A stretch of DNA of 32,738 nucleotides from an uncultured Thermotogae bacterium (GTDB lineage Bacteria; Bipolaricaulota; Bipolaricaulia; M55B111), in the NCBI GenBank assembly GCA_964599005.1, contig CAZRDU010000004.1, positions 1 through 32,738 on the forward strand, written 5' to 3'. Below are positions 1 through 9,477 of this stretch, piece after piece. The translations under genes and the position numbers were made by a program. The notes below the pieces were generated by a model. It was not told where the DNA came from. It searched no databases and saw only the letters and a list, made by a program, of their open reading frames with translations. Each line of letters starts with the position of its first letter. Position 1 is the first letter of the stretch.

Positions 1-1412
1 CTCTCCATACTTTCTCTGGTCATCTCGCCCCATGACCCGCTCTTCCGGAAGAAGTCAATTAGACCTTTTAGTCGCCATAAAGCGTGAAGTTGTCTGTAGC
101 CGAAGTTTTCCAGAAAAGCCATCCCGAGCAATTTAACCCGGTCAAACGGGTTTTTATAGCGTTTGAGTGTAAATTCTTCCAGCAACAGGGAGGACACTGA
201 GAGCAAAATGCCGTAGAGCAGGGCAAGCGATATAAACAAGAGGGCGAACGGTAAATTTATCCACCCCAGGAAGAACGAGACGAGGAAAACCGCGTATCCA
301 CTTATCTCGACGACCGGACCCAGAAGCTCAAATAAGAAGAAAAACGGCAGCCCCAGGAGACCGATTGAACCGTATTTTGGATTCCCGATCATTTTCCAGT
401 TATAGGTCAGGGCCTCGGCCAGCCCCCTCTGCCAGCGGTTTCTCTGTCTGGAAAGAACCTTCATCGATGACGGTACCTGGGTCCAGCATACGGGATCAGG
501 TATGAAAGAGATAGTATAATCTTCTCCTTTTTCCCTTAGATATTTATGTAACCTGACTACCAGGTCCATGTCTTCCCCTACCGTATCGGTACGATAGCCC
601 CCGATTTGTCGGACGATATCGGTTTTAAATAGTCCAAAGGCACCGGAAATAATTGGCAGGCTATTTATCCTGCTCCATCCGGTTCTGCCGAATAAAAAGG
701 CGCGAATATATTCCATTACCTGAATTAACGGGAGTAGCTTGCCTGGTGTTCTGGCTTCTTTGACCTCGGAGCCCTCGATCCGACAGCCGTTTGCAACTCT
801 CACTATCCCACCGATACCGACGACATTTGTTTCCCTCGTCATGTACGGCTCAACCAGGCGGTACAGCGATTCTTTTTCTACCAGACTGTCGGCATCTATC
901 GCAAGGAAGAGGTCTGATCGCGAGTAGTTCAAGCCCGCGTTCAAAGCGTCGGCTTTTCCGCCGTTCTCCTTATCCACAACTAAAAGCCTTTCATCCGATA
1001 CGGATTTGTAAACCCCTTTGACTTTCTCGCATTCCACCGTTTCTTCAACTTCTCTGGCAACCGGGATCAGTTTAAACTTTTCCTTGATCTCTTTTAACGT
1101 TTCATCACTGGAGCCGTCATTGACAACGATAAGTTCCAGGTTCGGGTAGTCCAGTTCCTGAAGTGATGATAAGCTGGAGCTAATAGTCTGTTCTTCGTTG
1201 TAAGCGGGGACCAAAATAGCGACTTCCGGAGCCAGTTCGCAGGTTTCTTCCTGGCAAATTGTCACCCTTCTTCTTTTTAGATGGAACCGAAGTTCGAACC
1301 CGGATAGGGCAAGGAGGATCATGTACCCGGTATTTATGGAAAAGAAATAGAGAAGAACGAGGGAATTATAAAATAGGACGAAACCAAAAAGTATATCGTT
1401 TGAAATATTCAT
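1..1412 (-). CDS. Processive family-2 glycosyltransferase (PgaC/IcaA/cellulose-synthase-like), 3' end runs off the window
   Basis: Not in ORF track because there is no stop in the window. Manual translation from ATG at 1412: MNISNDILFGFVLFYNSLVLLYFFSINTGY...ILVPAYNEE...VVNDGSSD...ENGGKADALNAG...IDADS...GEDMDL...QRNRWQRG...ENFGYRQ...WGEMTR. Shows the D,D,D,QxxRW signature with N- and C-terminal hydrophobic segments. Confidence 0.92.
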   Translation of the reverse strand, partial: MNISNDILFGFVLFYNSLVLLYFFSINTGYMILLALSGFELRFHLKRRRVTICQEETCELAPEVAILVPAYNEEQTISSSLSSLQELDYPNLELIVVNDGSSDETLKEIKEKFKLIPVAREVEETVECEKVKGVYKSVSDERLLVVDKENGGKADALNAGLNYSRSDLFLAIDADSLVEKESLYRLVEPYMTRETNVVGIGGIVRVANGCRIEGSEVKEARTPGKLLPLIQVMEYIRAFLFGRTGWSRINSLPIISGAFGLFKTDIVRQIGGYRTDTVGEDMDLVVRLHKYLREKGEDYTISFIPDPVCWTQVPSSMKVLSRQRNRWQRGLAEALTYNWKMIGNPKYGSIGLLGLPFFFLFELLGPVVEISGYAVFLVSFFLGWINLPFALLFISLALLYGILLSVSSLLLEEFTLKRYKNPFDRVKLLGMAFLENFGYRQLHALWRLKGLIDFFRKSGSWGEMTRESME

Positions 1413-1415
1413 AAA

Positions 1416-2456
1416 TTATCGCTGATATGACTCGAAAATTGCCTCTCGAGCCAGCTCCCTGTTGTCGCTCCAGTGATCTCCGATAACCTCTCTTCCTTCC
1501 TCGCCGAAGTAGGTAAGTGACTGAAAAGCAGCCAGGCGAGTCAGAAAATCTTCGTCTTCCGCGAGTTTCCCCAGAACCCTTAAAGAACCCCCTCCCGTTA
1601 TTTTCCTTAAGCTCTTCGCTGTCGCCTCTCGCACTGCGGGGTTTTCGTCCTCGCTGGTCCGTTCCAAAACCGGAATTGATTGTTTTTCTCCAATTTTTCC
1701 CAGTGATTCCGTCGCTTTTGTTCGGACGGAGACTTTTTCATCAACTGCTAGTCTTTTTAATACGGGTATAAACGATACTTTGTTTGGTTGGCCCATTAGA
1801 ACTGCTCCGCATCTTCTGAATCTTCTCTTTTCCGAATTTACCAGAGGTTCAATAAATCGCATCCCGGGTTTTAAATAAAGCAACTTTATCACCAAAAAAG
1901 AGTCCAGTTCTTCCCTGAAGCTCTCGAAAAGTTTGACCGGATCCAGTTTGGGGGCTTTTTTGAGCCGAGACAGGGAGTCCAGGGCAACTAATCTTACTTC
2001 GTGGCTTGAATCGTAAAGCAAGGATTTCAATTTATTTTGAAAGCCAGAAGCGGGGAACCCTTTTAACCTGTTAAGTGCCTGCCCCCTCTTCCACCAGGTG
2101 TTGCTGGAGAGCTCGGAGAGATCTCTGTCATAGTAGCCGAAAGAGCGGTAAAGTTCTAGCTTTGAATCCGGGGATAAGCCGGTTAGTCTTAATTCTTCAA
2201 CCAGGTCATCTCCCTGGCCGGCGTGGAGTTCCCTGTTCCCCAGTATTTCTTTAGGATTCGAGCCCTGCCGGTATTTCCGGATAACTTTTTGCCAGCCAAG
2301 TCTTTTTTTCTTTAGCTTTCTCCGCTGGTTTACATGAAAGAGGGTTACCAGGACGTAAAAAACTGTCATAAAAAACAGTAAACTGGCCAGTGCGATTACC
2401 AGGGGGACCACGAAGGGTTCGATCCCTTTCTGGAAATTTTGTAAAAGTTCTATCAT
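1416..2456 (-). CDS. Membrane-anchored HEAT-repeat protein
   Basis: N-terminal TM helix, then HEAT-like repeats (DSSHEVRLVALDSL, DEKVSVRTKATESLG, DENPAVREATAKSL, DEDFLTRLAAFQSL). Stop lies 3 nt before the GT2 start. Confidence 0.85.
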   Translation of the reverse strand: MIELLQNFQKGIEPFVVPLVIALASLLFFMTVFYVLVTLFHVNQRRKLKKKRLGWQKVIRKYRQGSNPKEILGNRELHAGQGDDLVEELRLTGLSPDSKLELYRSFGYYDRDLSELSSNTWWKRGQALNRLKGFPASGFQNKLKSLLYDSSHEVRLVALDSLSRLKKAPKLDPVKLFESFREELDSFLVIKLLYLKPGMRFIEPLVNSEKRRFRRCGAVLMGQPNKVSFIPVLKRLAVDEKVSVRTKATESLGKIGEKQSIPVLERTSEDENPAVREATAKSLRKITGGGSLRVLGKLAEDEDFLTRLAAFQSLTYFGEEGREVIGDHWSDNRELAREAIFESYQR

Positions 2457-2506
2457 GGAGAGGTGTTACCTCAGTCTTATTAGTCCACCAGTATATGGTA
2501 GTCGGG

Positions 2507-2983
2507 TTATTCCAGGTCCAGTTTTTGTAATTCTTCTTTTAAGATTTCGTAGTGTTCTCTTTCGCTTGCAGCGAGAAAGCCAAGGGTTCTTCGGACTTCT
2601 TTTTCTTCAAACCGCTCCATCAAGTTCTGGTAAAACTTTTCGGATTCTTTTTCCGAAGTCATAGCGGTCTGAAATAACTTTTCAAGGGTTACCCCTTCGT
2701 CTATCTCGACCGGATTCGAAAGCCCGGAGCTTTCGGGTAAGCTGATTTTGTCCTGGGGGTAGAAATCTTCGATTATGGACCAGAATTCCTCTTCGTGATT
2801 TTCTTCCTGTGAGACCAAGCTTTCTACCTTTTCCCGGGTCTTTTCGGGAAGGTCTCGGTCAAGCAAATTGCGATAGATTTCGGCCGCCTCGATTTCCGCC
2901 CTTACTGCAACGCCGAGTAGTTCCTGCAGAGTGTCTTCTTCATCGGAACTGTTTCCTCTGGATGGTTTGTTCTGATTTTTCAC
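2507..2983 (-). CDS. Ferritin-like/rubrerythrin-family protein (no rubredoxin domain)
   Basis: Paired E...ExxH motifs (AEIEAAEIY...QEENH; SEKESEKFY...SEREH). GTG start with AAGGAGG SD on the minus strand at 2992-2998. Confidence 0.85.
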   Translation of the reverse strand: MKNQNKPSRGNSSDEEDTLQELLGVAVRAEIEAAEIYRNLLDRDLPEKTREKVESLVSQEENHEEEFWSIIEDFYPQDKISLPESSGLSNPVEIDEGVTLEKLFQTAMTSEKESEKFYQNLMERFEEKEVRRTLGFLAASEREHYEILKEELQKLDLE

Positions 2984-3219
2984 GGATTCGCCTCCTTACT
3001 TTTCAAGCTGATTTCCACCAACCCTTTATATCTTATCTCAAGTTACGATGCCAGTAAACAATTTTTTCCAATTTCCACGATTTAAACCGAAAAAGTTTAA
3101 TGTATTCGCGGATATTCCGGTCCCGAATTAGTATTCTGGAGAGCAGAGGTTTGATTGTTTAAACTATTTGTAAAGACGGAGGGGTGTCCCTCAAGGGTTA
3201 TTAAAAATCGGGACTGGAG

Positions 3220-4020
3220 ATGAAAAAGGAAAGGTTTCGAGAAATAGATTTAGTAAGGGGCTTAGCGGTAACGGGAATGGTTTTCTATCACGTTCTATTT
3301 GACCTCGCTGCGTTGGGATATCTGGATCTGGCAATAAATACTGGCCCTATGAAATTATTTGCTGAAGTCACCGCGGCGACTTTTTTCATAGTTGTGGGGA
3401 TCTCCCTCTATATCAGTTTTTCTCGTGCCAAAAAAGGAACTAACGCTGGACTTGAACTCTTTCGAAAATACTTTTTTAGGGGGGCGAAACTGTTGCTCTG
3501 GGGGGGAATCGTAACCGGTGTTACGTATCTCCTCTACCCCGAGTTCGCGGTTATTTTCGGAGCATTACAGTTCATCGGGGTTTCAGTTATACTTGCCTAT
3601 TTGTTACTTGAATCCCTTCAGCGGTTGAGGCTGGTTTTCCGCTATGCCTTGCTCGGGCTGTTTGCAGTGATCCCATTTATCGTTGCCGGCCCAATTCAAG
3701 CACTTGGAACGTCTCACCGGTTTTTGCTCTGGCTGGGGGTGACTCCGCCCGGGTTTCAGTCGCTCGATTACTTCCCGGTACTGCCCTGGTTTGGTTTTGT
3801 CAGCGGTGGACTGATCCTGGGCGAATTAATTTATCCTGAAGGCGAAAGGAGATTTGGTAAGTGGGCGTTGCACAACAGCCTGGTCGAATTCCTTGGAAGG
3901 AATTCGCTGATCATCTATTTTTTTCACCAACCTCTAATCTATCTCGGGGTTTTCCTCTTCGCGTTCTCAACCGGTCAAGTGGATCTTCAGAATATCACTT
4001 TCCTTGGCTCAATTCGCTGA
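3220..4020 (+). CDS. DUF1624 / heparan-alpha-glucosaminide N-acetyltransferase-like membrane acyltransferase
   Basis: RFREIDLVRGLAV..MVFYH, DYFPVLPWFG and LGRNSLIIYFFHQP motifs; multiple TM segments. Confidence 0.85.
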   Translation: MKKERFREIDLVRGLAVTGMVFYHVLFDLAALGYLDLAINTGPMKLFAEVTAATFFIVVGISLYISFSRAKKGTNAGLELFRKYFFRGAKLLLWGGIVTGVTYLLYPEFAVIFGALQFIGVSVILAYLLLESLQRLRLVFRYALLGLFAVIPFIVAGPIQALGTSHRFLLWLGVTPPGFQSLDYFPVLPWFGFVSGGLILGELIYPEGERRFGKWALHNSLVEFLGRNSLIIYFFHQPLIYLGVFLFAFSTGQVDLQNITFLGSIR

Positions 4021-4123
4021 CCCCTGTAAGAGTCCTGAGTCATAACCGCACGAGATTCTTAACTTTTGCGGTAAACTCACAACCGGACGAGTTGTAAGCA
4101 CTGAACCCGGTTATTAAATCCTG

Positions 4124-5269
4124 CTAGCCCATCTGTAGCGCCCCTTGCCTCAGTTCTCCACGATCAATTCTCTTCGGGTCATAGTAATCCAGAGGCAGGT
4201 CGGTCTTACCGTTGACGATTAGTTCAGCCAGGCCCTGGCCGACGGCAGGTGCCATCATGTAACCATGTCCGCTGAAACCGGCTGCCAGGTAGTAACCAGG
4301 AATTCTGTACTCCCCCAGAAGAGGATTTCCGTCCGGAGACATGGCGTAGTATCCGGCCCAGTGTCTCAGTATTCGGGCTTTCTTTAAAGCCGGGGCGATG
4401 GAACCGAAGGCTCGGCTGACTCTCTTTTCGAAATTCGGCGTCTCCGTCATGTCGAAGGTTGGCGGTTCGTCCTCGGGGGTGGCTACGCCGCCGATGATTC
4501 CTCCCCTTTCGGTCTGAGTCAGATAGGCATCTTCGTGTTTCATCGATATCACCATCGGCTCTATCAAACCCTCCTGAAACGGTTCGGTTATGATCGCCTG
4601 GTGGCGGTAAGGTTCTATGGGAACCTCCAGGCCGATCATCTCACTTATTTCCCCGGCCCAGCCCCCGGCAGCATTTATCAATATCTCCGTTCTAAAAGAG
4701 TTATCAGAGGTCTTGACGATCTTCTCACTTCCGTCCTGCTTCAAGTCGATTTCCGTTACCTTAGTGCCCTCCCGGAGATCAACCGGTCCGTTACGGAAGA
4801 ATTGCTTGAAAGACGTCACCACTTCGAACGGGTGGGCTTTTCCGTCCTCGGGGTTGTAACTCGCCCCTCTCAAGTTACGAGTATCAATCAAAGGGCAAAT
4901 TTCCCCGGCTTCCTCGGGCGAGATGAGATCAGTCGGTACTCCGAGTGAGTTCTGGAGCTCCTTCATCTTTCTGTACTGATCCACCTCTTCTTCGGTGTGA
5001 TGCAGGTAAAGGTAGCCAGTTTGGCGGAAGTTGAACCCGAGCTCATTCGCCAGGCTTCTCCAGCTGGATTCAGCTTGCTTCATCATCCGAATTGTCGGTT
5101 CGTCCGAAAATTGTGCCCTGATGCCGGTGCCGCATCTGCCGGTGGAGCCGCTTCCTACGTAGTCTTTTTCAAGAACTGTAAGGTTTTTTAGGCCCCGCTT
5201 ATCAAGGTAATAAGCTATAGCCAGCCCCGTGGATCCCCCGCCGATTATTATTGCCTCTCTATCTATCAT
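4124..5269 (-). CDS. FAD-dependent DAO-family oxidoreductase; dye-linked L-proline dehydrogenase / sarcosine oxidase beta-subunit-like
   Basis: IIGGGSTG dinucleotide motif, GSTGRCGTGIR, WAGYYAMSPDGNP, GFSGHGYMMAPAVG. Start moved to ATG 5269 (MIDREA), overlapping the upstream stop. Confidence 0.88.
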   Translation of the reverse strand: MIDREAIIIGGGSTGLAIAYYLDKRGLKNLTVLEKDYVGSGSTGRCGTGIRAQFSDEPTIRMMKQAESSWRSLANELGFNFRQTGYLYLHHTEEEVDQYRKMKELQNSLGVPTDLISPEEAGEICPLIDTRNLRGASYNPEDGKAHPFEVVTSFKQFFRNGPVDLREGTKVTEIDLKQDGSEKIVKTSDNSFRTEILINAAGGWAGEISEMIGLEVPIEPYRHQAIITEPFQEGLIEPMVISMKHEDAYLTQTERGGIIGGVATPEDEPPTFDMTETPNFEKRVSRAFGSIAPALKKARILRHWAGYYAMSPDGNPLLGEYRIPGYYLAAGFSGHGYMMAPAVGQGLAELIVNGKTDLPLDYYDPKRIDRGELRQGALQMG

Positions 5270-5555
5270 TGTTTTTCCCCCTCTCCCCCGCGGCATATTT
5301 TATCGGTACAGGGATAATCGGGGCACGTTCTCGCGGTAAAGGTATATCCTCCAGTGACCTGTCGGTTTCCGCTGCCAGAATCCTCCGAACCAGCGGCATA
5401 CAGGTCCTGCCCCCGCAGGTTCCGGTCCCGACCATCGTTTTTCGTTTGAGAAGCTCCAGGGTATCGTAACCCTCGGTAACCGCTCTTTTAATATCGGATT
5501 CGGTGACATCCCGGCAACGGCAGATTATCGTTTCTTCATTATTATCTCTGTTCAT
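5259..5555 (-). CDS. BFD-like [2Fe-2S] protein (dehydrogenase small subunit)
   Basis: ICRCRDVT...GTGTCGGRTC cysteine pattern; overlaps both neighbours. Confidence 0.88.
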   Translation of the reverse strand: MNRDNNEETIICRCRDVTESDIKRAVTEGYDTLELLKRKTMVGTGTCGGRTCMPLVRRILAAETDRSLEDIPLPRERAPIIPVPIKYAAGERGKNNDR

Positions 5556-6024
5556 CTTTCCTCCGAATATTCCTTACTTCATTTACGTGCTCTTCCGGGA
5601 CATGGACGGTCACGCTAGGTGTATCCCCCGCGGACTCTTTTTTGTTTTTTGCCGCTTTGACGGGAACTTTCGTTAACGTTTCCCCTCTTCGGTTTAAAGC
5701 GGATACGGTTTCTCCGACTTCCGGAAGGGGAAATTCGTAGGGTAAAGTGAGTTCGGCCCCTTCCTCCGGAGACCTATCGACCGTGAATATAGCTAGCCCC
5801 GGACATACTTCCAGGCAAATACCGCAACCGCTACATTTGTCGTAATCGACCTCCGGGATCCCGTTGATTCTTTCCATTTCTATGGCTCCGGCCGGGCAGT
5901 TTTCTCTGCAGGGGTTGCAGGGTATCTCCTCCGGACACTCGATTATCGGAACTGGGCCATTTTCAGTCACTTTTTTCGCGGGGAGTTGAACCTCTTCCTT
6001 TTTTAAATAGCCTCTGGTTTTCAT
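5542..6024 (-). CDS. 4Fe-4S dicluster ferredoxin subunit
   Basis: ECPEEIPCNPCRENCP and CSGCGICLEVCP. Start at ATG 6024 in an ATGA overlap with the upstream stop. Confidence 0.88.
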   Translation of the reverse strand: MKTRGYLKKEEVQLPAKKVTENGPVPIIECPEEIPCNPCRENCPAGAIEMERINGIPEVDYDKCSGCGICLEVCPGLAIFTVDRSPEEGAELTLPYEFPLPEVGETVSALNRRGETLTKVPVKAAKNKKESAGDTPSVTVHVPEEHVNEVRNIRRKDEQR

Positions 6025-7436
6025 ATTCTCACCTTCCGGAGACCGCGGCGGAGGTCCTCGCAATCAGGACCCGCCCGAAGTGCTTTTAACCGGTTTCGTG
6101 AATCTCCGATAATCTCCTTTTCATTACTCCCGCCGAATCCAAGGTTTAATGCCGCGTCCGCTCCGGCGATCGAACCTTCCAGCATAGCGGCCGTGGCTTC
6201 CTCGATTCCGGCGGCGTCCCCGGCGGCGTAAATATCAGCTTCGCTGGTTTTCATTGCGTTATCCCTTAAAGGTACATGGCCACCCAGCTCCTGGACGTAT
6301 TCCAGTTCACACCCGGCATGAGCCAGGAGTTTGTAACTCGGAGAAAGGCCGACGGCCAGGGCGACCGTGTCTACGTTATACTCTTTCCTCGTAGATGGTA
6401 GCTCATTTCCCGACTCGTCGATTTTTACTATACTTGCCTTTTTCACTTTGTCTTCTCCTTTTACATTTAATACTTTGTGTTCGGTTAGAATAGGCACGCC
6501 AAACCTGCTTATCTTGGCGGCGTGGACGAAATAGCCGCCGATTTGTGGTGCTACTTCAACTACGGCCTCCACGTCGACATCAGCCTGGAGAAGCTGATAG
6601 GTCACGATCAAACCGACATTGCCAGCTCCAACCATCAAAACCCTGTCGCCGGGCTTGATTCCGTAGACGTTCATCATGGTTTGAATGCCTCCGGCACCGT
6701 AGACTCCCGGCAGGTCGTTGCCGGGGAAGCCAATCATATCTTCATTGGCGCCGGTACTCATTATGATCTTTTTTGGATTTATTTTGAAGAATTTTTCTCG
6801 ATTTTTATATAGACCAACGGTGTCGTCGTATATCCCAACGGAGCTGGTCTCCGTCATTATTTCGATTTCTTCGGTTTCTTTTACCTGCCTTACTAGCTTA
6901 TCACAAATTTCCGTTCCTCTGGTTCCGGCTTCCTGTTCGCTGGAGCCAAAGAACTTGTGGGTCTGTTTGATAAGTTGACCCCCGAGAAACGGGTTTTCAT
7001 CGACTATCGCGACCTCGGCACCGGCATTCGCGGCAATAAGTGCCGCCTTTAACCCGGCCGGACCGCCGCCAATTACGAGAACGTCAGTTGTTTCCGTTTT
7101 TATCGCTTTCGGAGTAAGCCTATCCGAATTGTCTTTTAGCCCGGGCAAACCGGTCTGTTTCTTTACTTTCATCCCTTCCCGGACTGCCGTGATACAGGTT
7201 CTTACATTGGGTACTCCGTCTACTGTCATCAAACAGGAAGAACATTTTCCGATGGCACAGAATAATCCGCGAGGCCTTTCTTCTTCTCCGCTTTTTCTCA
7301 ATTCTGTAACGCCGTGATTGTGTAGAGCTGCCGCAATGGTTTCGCCTTTTCTGGCCGTGACTTTTTCCCCTTCATAGGTAAAGGTAACCGTTTCCCGTTC
7401 CTTGAAGGAGAGAATTGGATGGTTTTTAACCCTCAT
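6021..7436 (-). CDS. FAD/NAD(P)-binding oxidoreductase with N-terminal [2Fe-2S] domain; proline dehydrogenase / sarcosine oxidase alpha-subunit-like
   Basis: GLFCAIGKCSSCLMTVDG...C, VIGGGPAGL, GGQLIKQTHKFFG, VGAGNVG, YAAGD. Confidence 0.9.
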   Translation of the reverse strand: MRVKNHPILSFKERETVTFTYEGEKVTARKGETIAAALHNHGVTELRKSGEEERPRGLFCAIGKCSSCLMTVDGVPNVRTCITAVREGMKVKKQTGLPGLKDNSDRLTPKAIKTETTDVLVIGGGPAGLKAALIAANAGAEVAIVDENPFLGGQLIKQTHKFFGSSEQEAGTRGTEICDKLVRQVKETEEIEIMTETSSVGIYDDTVGLYKNREKFFKINPKKIIMSTGANEDMIGFPGNDLPGVYGAGGIQTMMNVYGIKPGDRVLMVGAGNVGLIVTYQLLQADVDVEAVVEVAPQIGGYFVHAAKISRFGVPILTEHKVLNVKGEDKVKKASIVKIDESGNELPSTRKEYNVDTVALAVGLSPSYKLLAHAGCELEYVQELGGHVPLRDNAMKTSEADIYAAGDAAGIEEATAAMLEGSIAGADAALNLGFGGSNEKEIIGDSRNRLKALRAGPDCEDLRRGLRKVRI

Positions 7437-7698
7437 TTTACCCCCCCGGTATCAGGAAATCAGGTCTCCTGACCCTGTAGATATATAATTTTACCCCTCC
7501 GATACTGCTTGAGCTTAATCTGAACTGCATGCAATTATGCTAGAGGTATTTGCCAGCCTTTTCAAATTACGGTATGTTTTATTTCGTAGGAACCAGCTAG
7601 GACAAAGTACGGACAATTAAAGCAAGTTTTGTATTAAGTTTCGCGTTGTTAAGAAAAGTTGTTGCCACTTATATATTCTGATATCAGGGGGTGCCAGC

Positions 7699-8811
7699 GT
7701 GATTAATCCATTGAAGGATAGTGTTTATAGAGAGAGAATCACGGAACGAGAAGAGGATATTAGAGGCGCTTATTTCCGCGATCAAACGGCGATAATCCAC
7801 TCTCTTCCTTTCCGCCGGCTGAAAAACAAGACGCAGGTTTTCTTTGCCCCGGAAAACGATCATATTTGCACGAGAATAGAGCACGTTCTACATGTTTCGA
7901 CAATTTCTGCCACGATCTGTAAAGGGCTCGGGCTGGACGTAGAGCTTGCCCAGGCCATCGCTCTCGGTCACGATCTGGGTCATGCCCCTTTCGGTCATTC
8001 GGGCGAAAAAATACTGGACCGGCTCAATCAGAACAATGGCGGTTTCGTCCACGAGTTGCACGGCCTGCGGATAGTCGATCAACTTTCAAGATATGGTAAA
8101 GGGTTGAACCTTACCTATGCTGTCAGGGATGGAATTGTCTCCCATTACGGTGAAGAGTTTACTCAATCAATCGAACCCTCCGGAGACAAGAAGAAGCTCT
8201 CTCAACTGGATGAAAGGGGAACCGCCCCGACGACGTACGAAGGGTGCGTGGTCAGGATGTCGGATAAGATTGCCTATTTCGGTCGAGATATAGAAGACGC
8301 GATAAAGGCGGAATTGATAGAAGAAGAGGATATTCCGAATAACGTAAGGGGTGAACTCGGGACGAAGAACGGGGAAATCATCGACGTTTTCGTAAAAGAC
8401 CTGATATCGTGGTCAAAGAAGAACGACAGGATAGGGTTTTCCCAGAAGAGGTTCGAATTAATGCAGGACCTGAAGCAATTTAACTATTCCCGGATTTACG
8501 GTCACCAGAGATTGCAGCAATACTCTCAGCATGCAGAAGTTATTTTGAGTATTCTCTTCGAACACCTTCTTGGCTTGATGGAAGAATTTGGCAGGGATTA
8601 CGCAAGATACATGGAAAGTGATATTCCACTTGACAGGAGGTTTGGTGATTATTTACTCGGACTGGATGACTTTTACGGCGTGGAAGAGCCGTTTAACCCG
8701 CAACAAATAGCGCTTGATTACATTGCAGGAATGACCGATAAGTATTCACTGAAAGCCGCAAAAGAAGTGATATTTCCGGAACCGATAAAATTTGATCACG
8801 TTACGGATTAA
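7699..8811 (+). CDS. dgt: HD-domain deoxyguanosinetriphosphate triphosphohydrolase (dGTPase)
   Basis: RDQTAIIHSLPFRRLKNKTQVF, TRIEH, GHDLGHAPFGHSGE, DKIAY, DYIAGMTD. Confidence 0.9.
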   Translation: MINPLKDSVYRERITEREEDIRGAYFRDQTAIIHSLPFRRLKNKTQVFFAPENDHICTRIEHVLHVSTISATICKGLGLDVELAQAIALGHDLGHAPFGHSGEKILDRLNQNNGGFVHELHGLRIVDQLSRYGKGLNLTYAVRDGIVSHYGEEFTQSIEPSGDKKKLSQLDERGTAPTTYEGCVVRMSDKIAYFGRDIEDAIKAELIEEEDIPNNVRGELGTKNGEIIDVFVKDLISWSKKNDRIGFSQKRFELMQDLKQFNYSRIYGHQRLQQYSQHAEVILSILFEHLLGLMEEFGRDYARYMESDIPLDRRFGDYLLGLDDFYGVEEPFNPQQIALDYIAGMTDKYSLKAAKEVIFPEPIKFDHVTD

Positions 8812-8814
8812 ATT

Positions 8815-9300
8815 CTAGAAGGTTAATCCAAGACCTACCCCAGCTCTGAGTTCCTCCATGTTGCCCGAAAAGTCAAATTTCCCCGACGAGTGGACGTCGA
8901 TTGCGAATGGGTACAGGTTCAATTGCAAGCCTATCTTGCTCCAGGCTGCGGAATCCGATATGGAAAAAGACGGAGCACTGGTGTTTAGAGTCATTGCGGG
9001 GCTGGCACCGAAATAAAGGCTGAGGGTACCATTGTTGACGTCAAAAGACCCCATCCTGAGGTCCATAAGAAAATAACTATATAGATTTGTATCGCTCGAA
9101 TTTGACGAGTGAGGGACCGATCCGCCCAGTTCCAATTTAAAGAGACCACCGGTTCTTAGAAACCCTCCGTACCAGAGTGTATCGTCCGTCAGGTTCTTTT
9201 CGAGCGTTCCTCCCAGGGTTGTCCCGGCGAAGCTTGAAAAGGTGAAAACCGATATTGAAACAAGTAGAACGAGCAAAACAAGAGACGATTTAAGCTTCAT
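8815..9300 (-). CDS. Exported protein, probable small outer-membrane beta-barrel
   Basis: Signal peptide (MKLKSSLVLLVLLVSISVFTFSSFA), alternating Gly/aromatic strands, C-terminal AGVGLGLTF. GGAGG SD on the minus strand at about 9305-9310. Confidence 0.6.
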   Translation of the reverse strand: MKLKSSLVLLVLLVSISVFTFSSFAGTTLGGTLEKNLTDDTLWYGGFLRTGGLFKLELGGSVPHSSNSSDTNLYSYFLMDLRMGSFDVNNGTLSLYFGASPAMTLNTSAPSFSISDSAAWSKIGLQLNLYPFAIDVHSSGKFDFSGNMEELRAGVGLGLTF

Positions 9301-9477
9301 TTTTCCTCCCTGTTGCTTTGATTTAAGTTTTCCTTGGATTGAAATTTAAGCTTGCGAAATTGCCGATAATTAATATGGCAGAACTGTCAGCGCAAATCGG
9401 TAAATTATCTATTTTTTAACCGCGGAGTAAAAGGACGCGTGGGAGGAAAATAAGTTATATCTGGAAAATCTATTTTG

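Noticed and set aside
970-978. Perfect DnaA box TTATCCACA
   Set aside because: Single copy inside the GT2 coding region; no cluster, and none noticed near recF, so no oriC evidence.
7441-7447. C7 (G7 on the coding strand) just upstream of the dehydrogenase alpha start as a phase-variation tract
   Set aside because: Short run at the SD position; adequately explained as a G-rich ribosome-binding site.
7699-8811. dGTPase as an anti-phage defence gene
   Set aside because: Housekeeping neighbourhood with no defence-island or mobile-element context.
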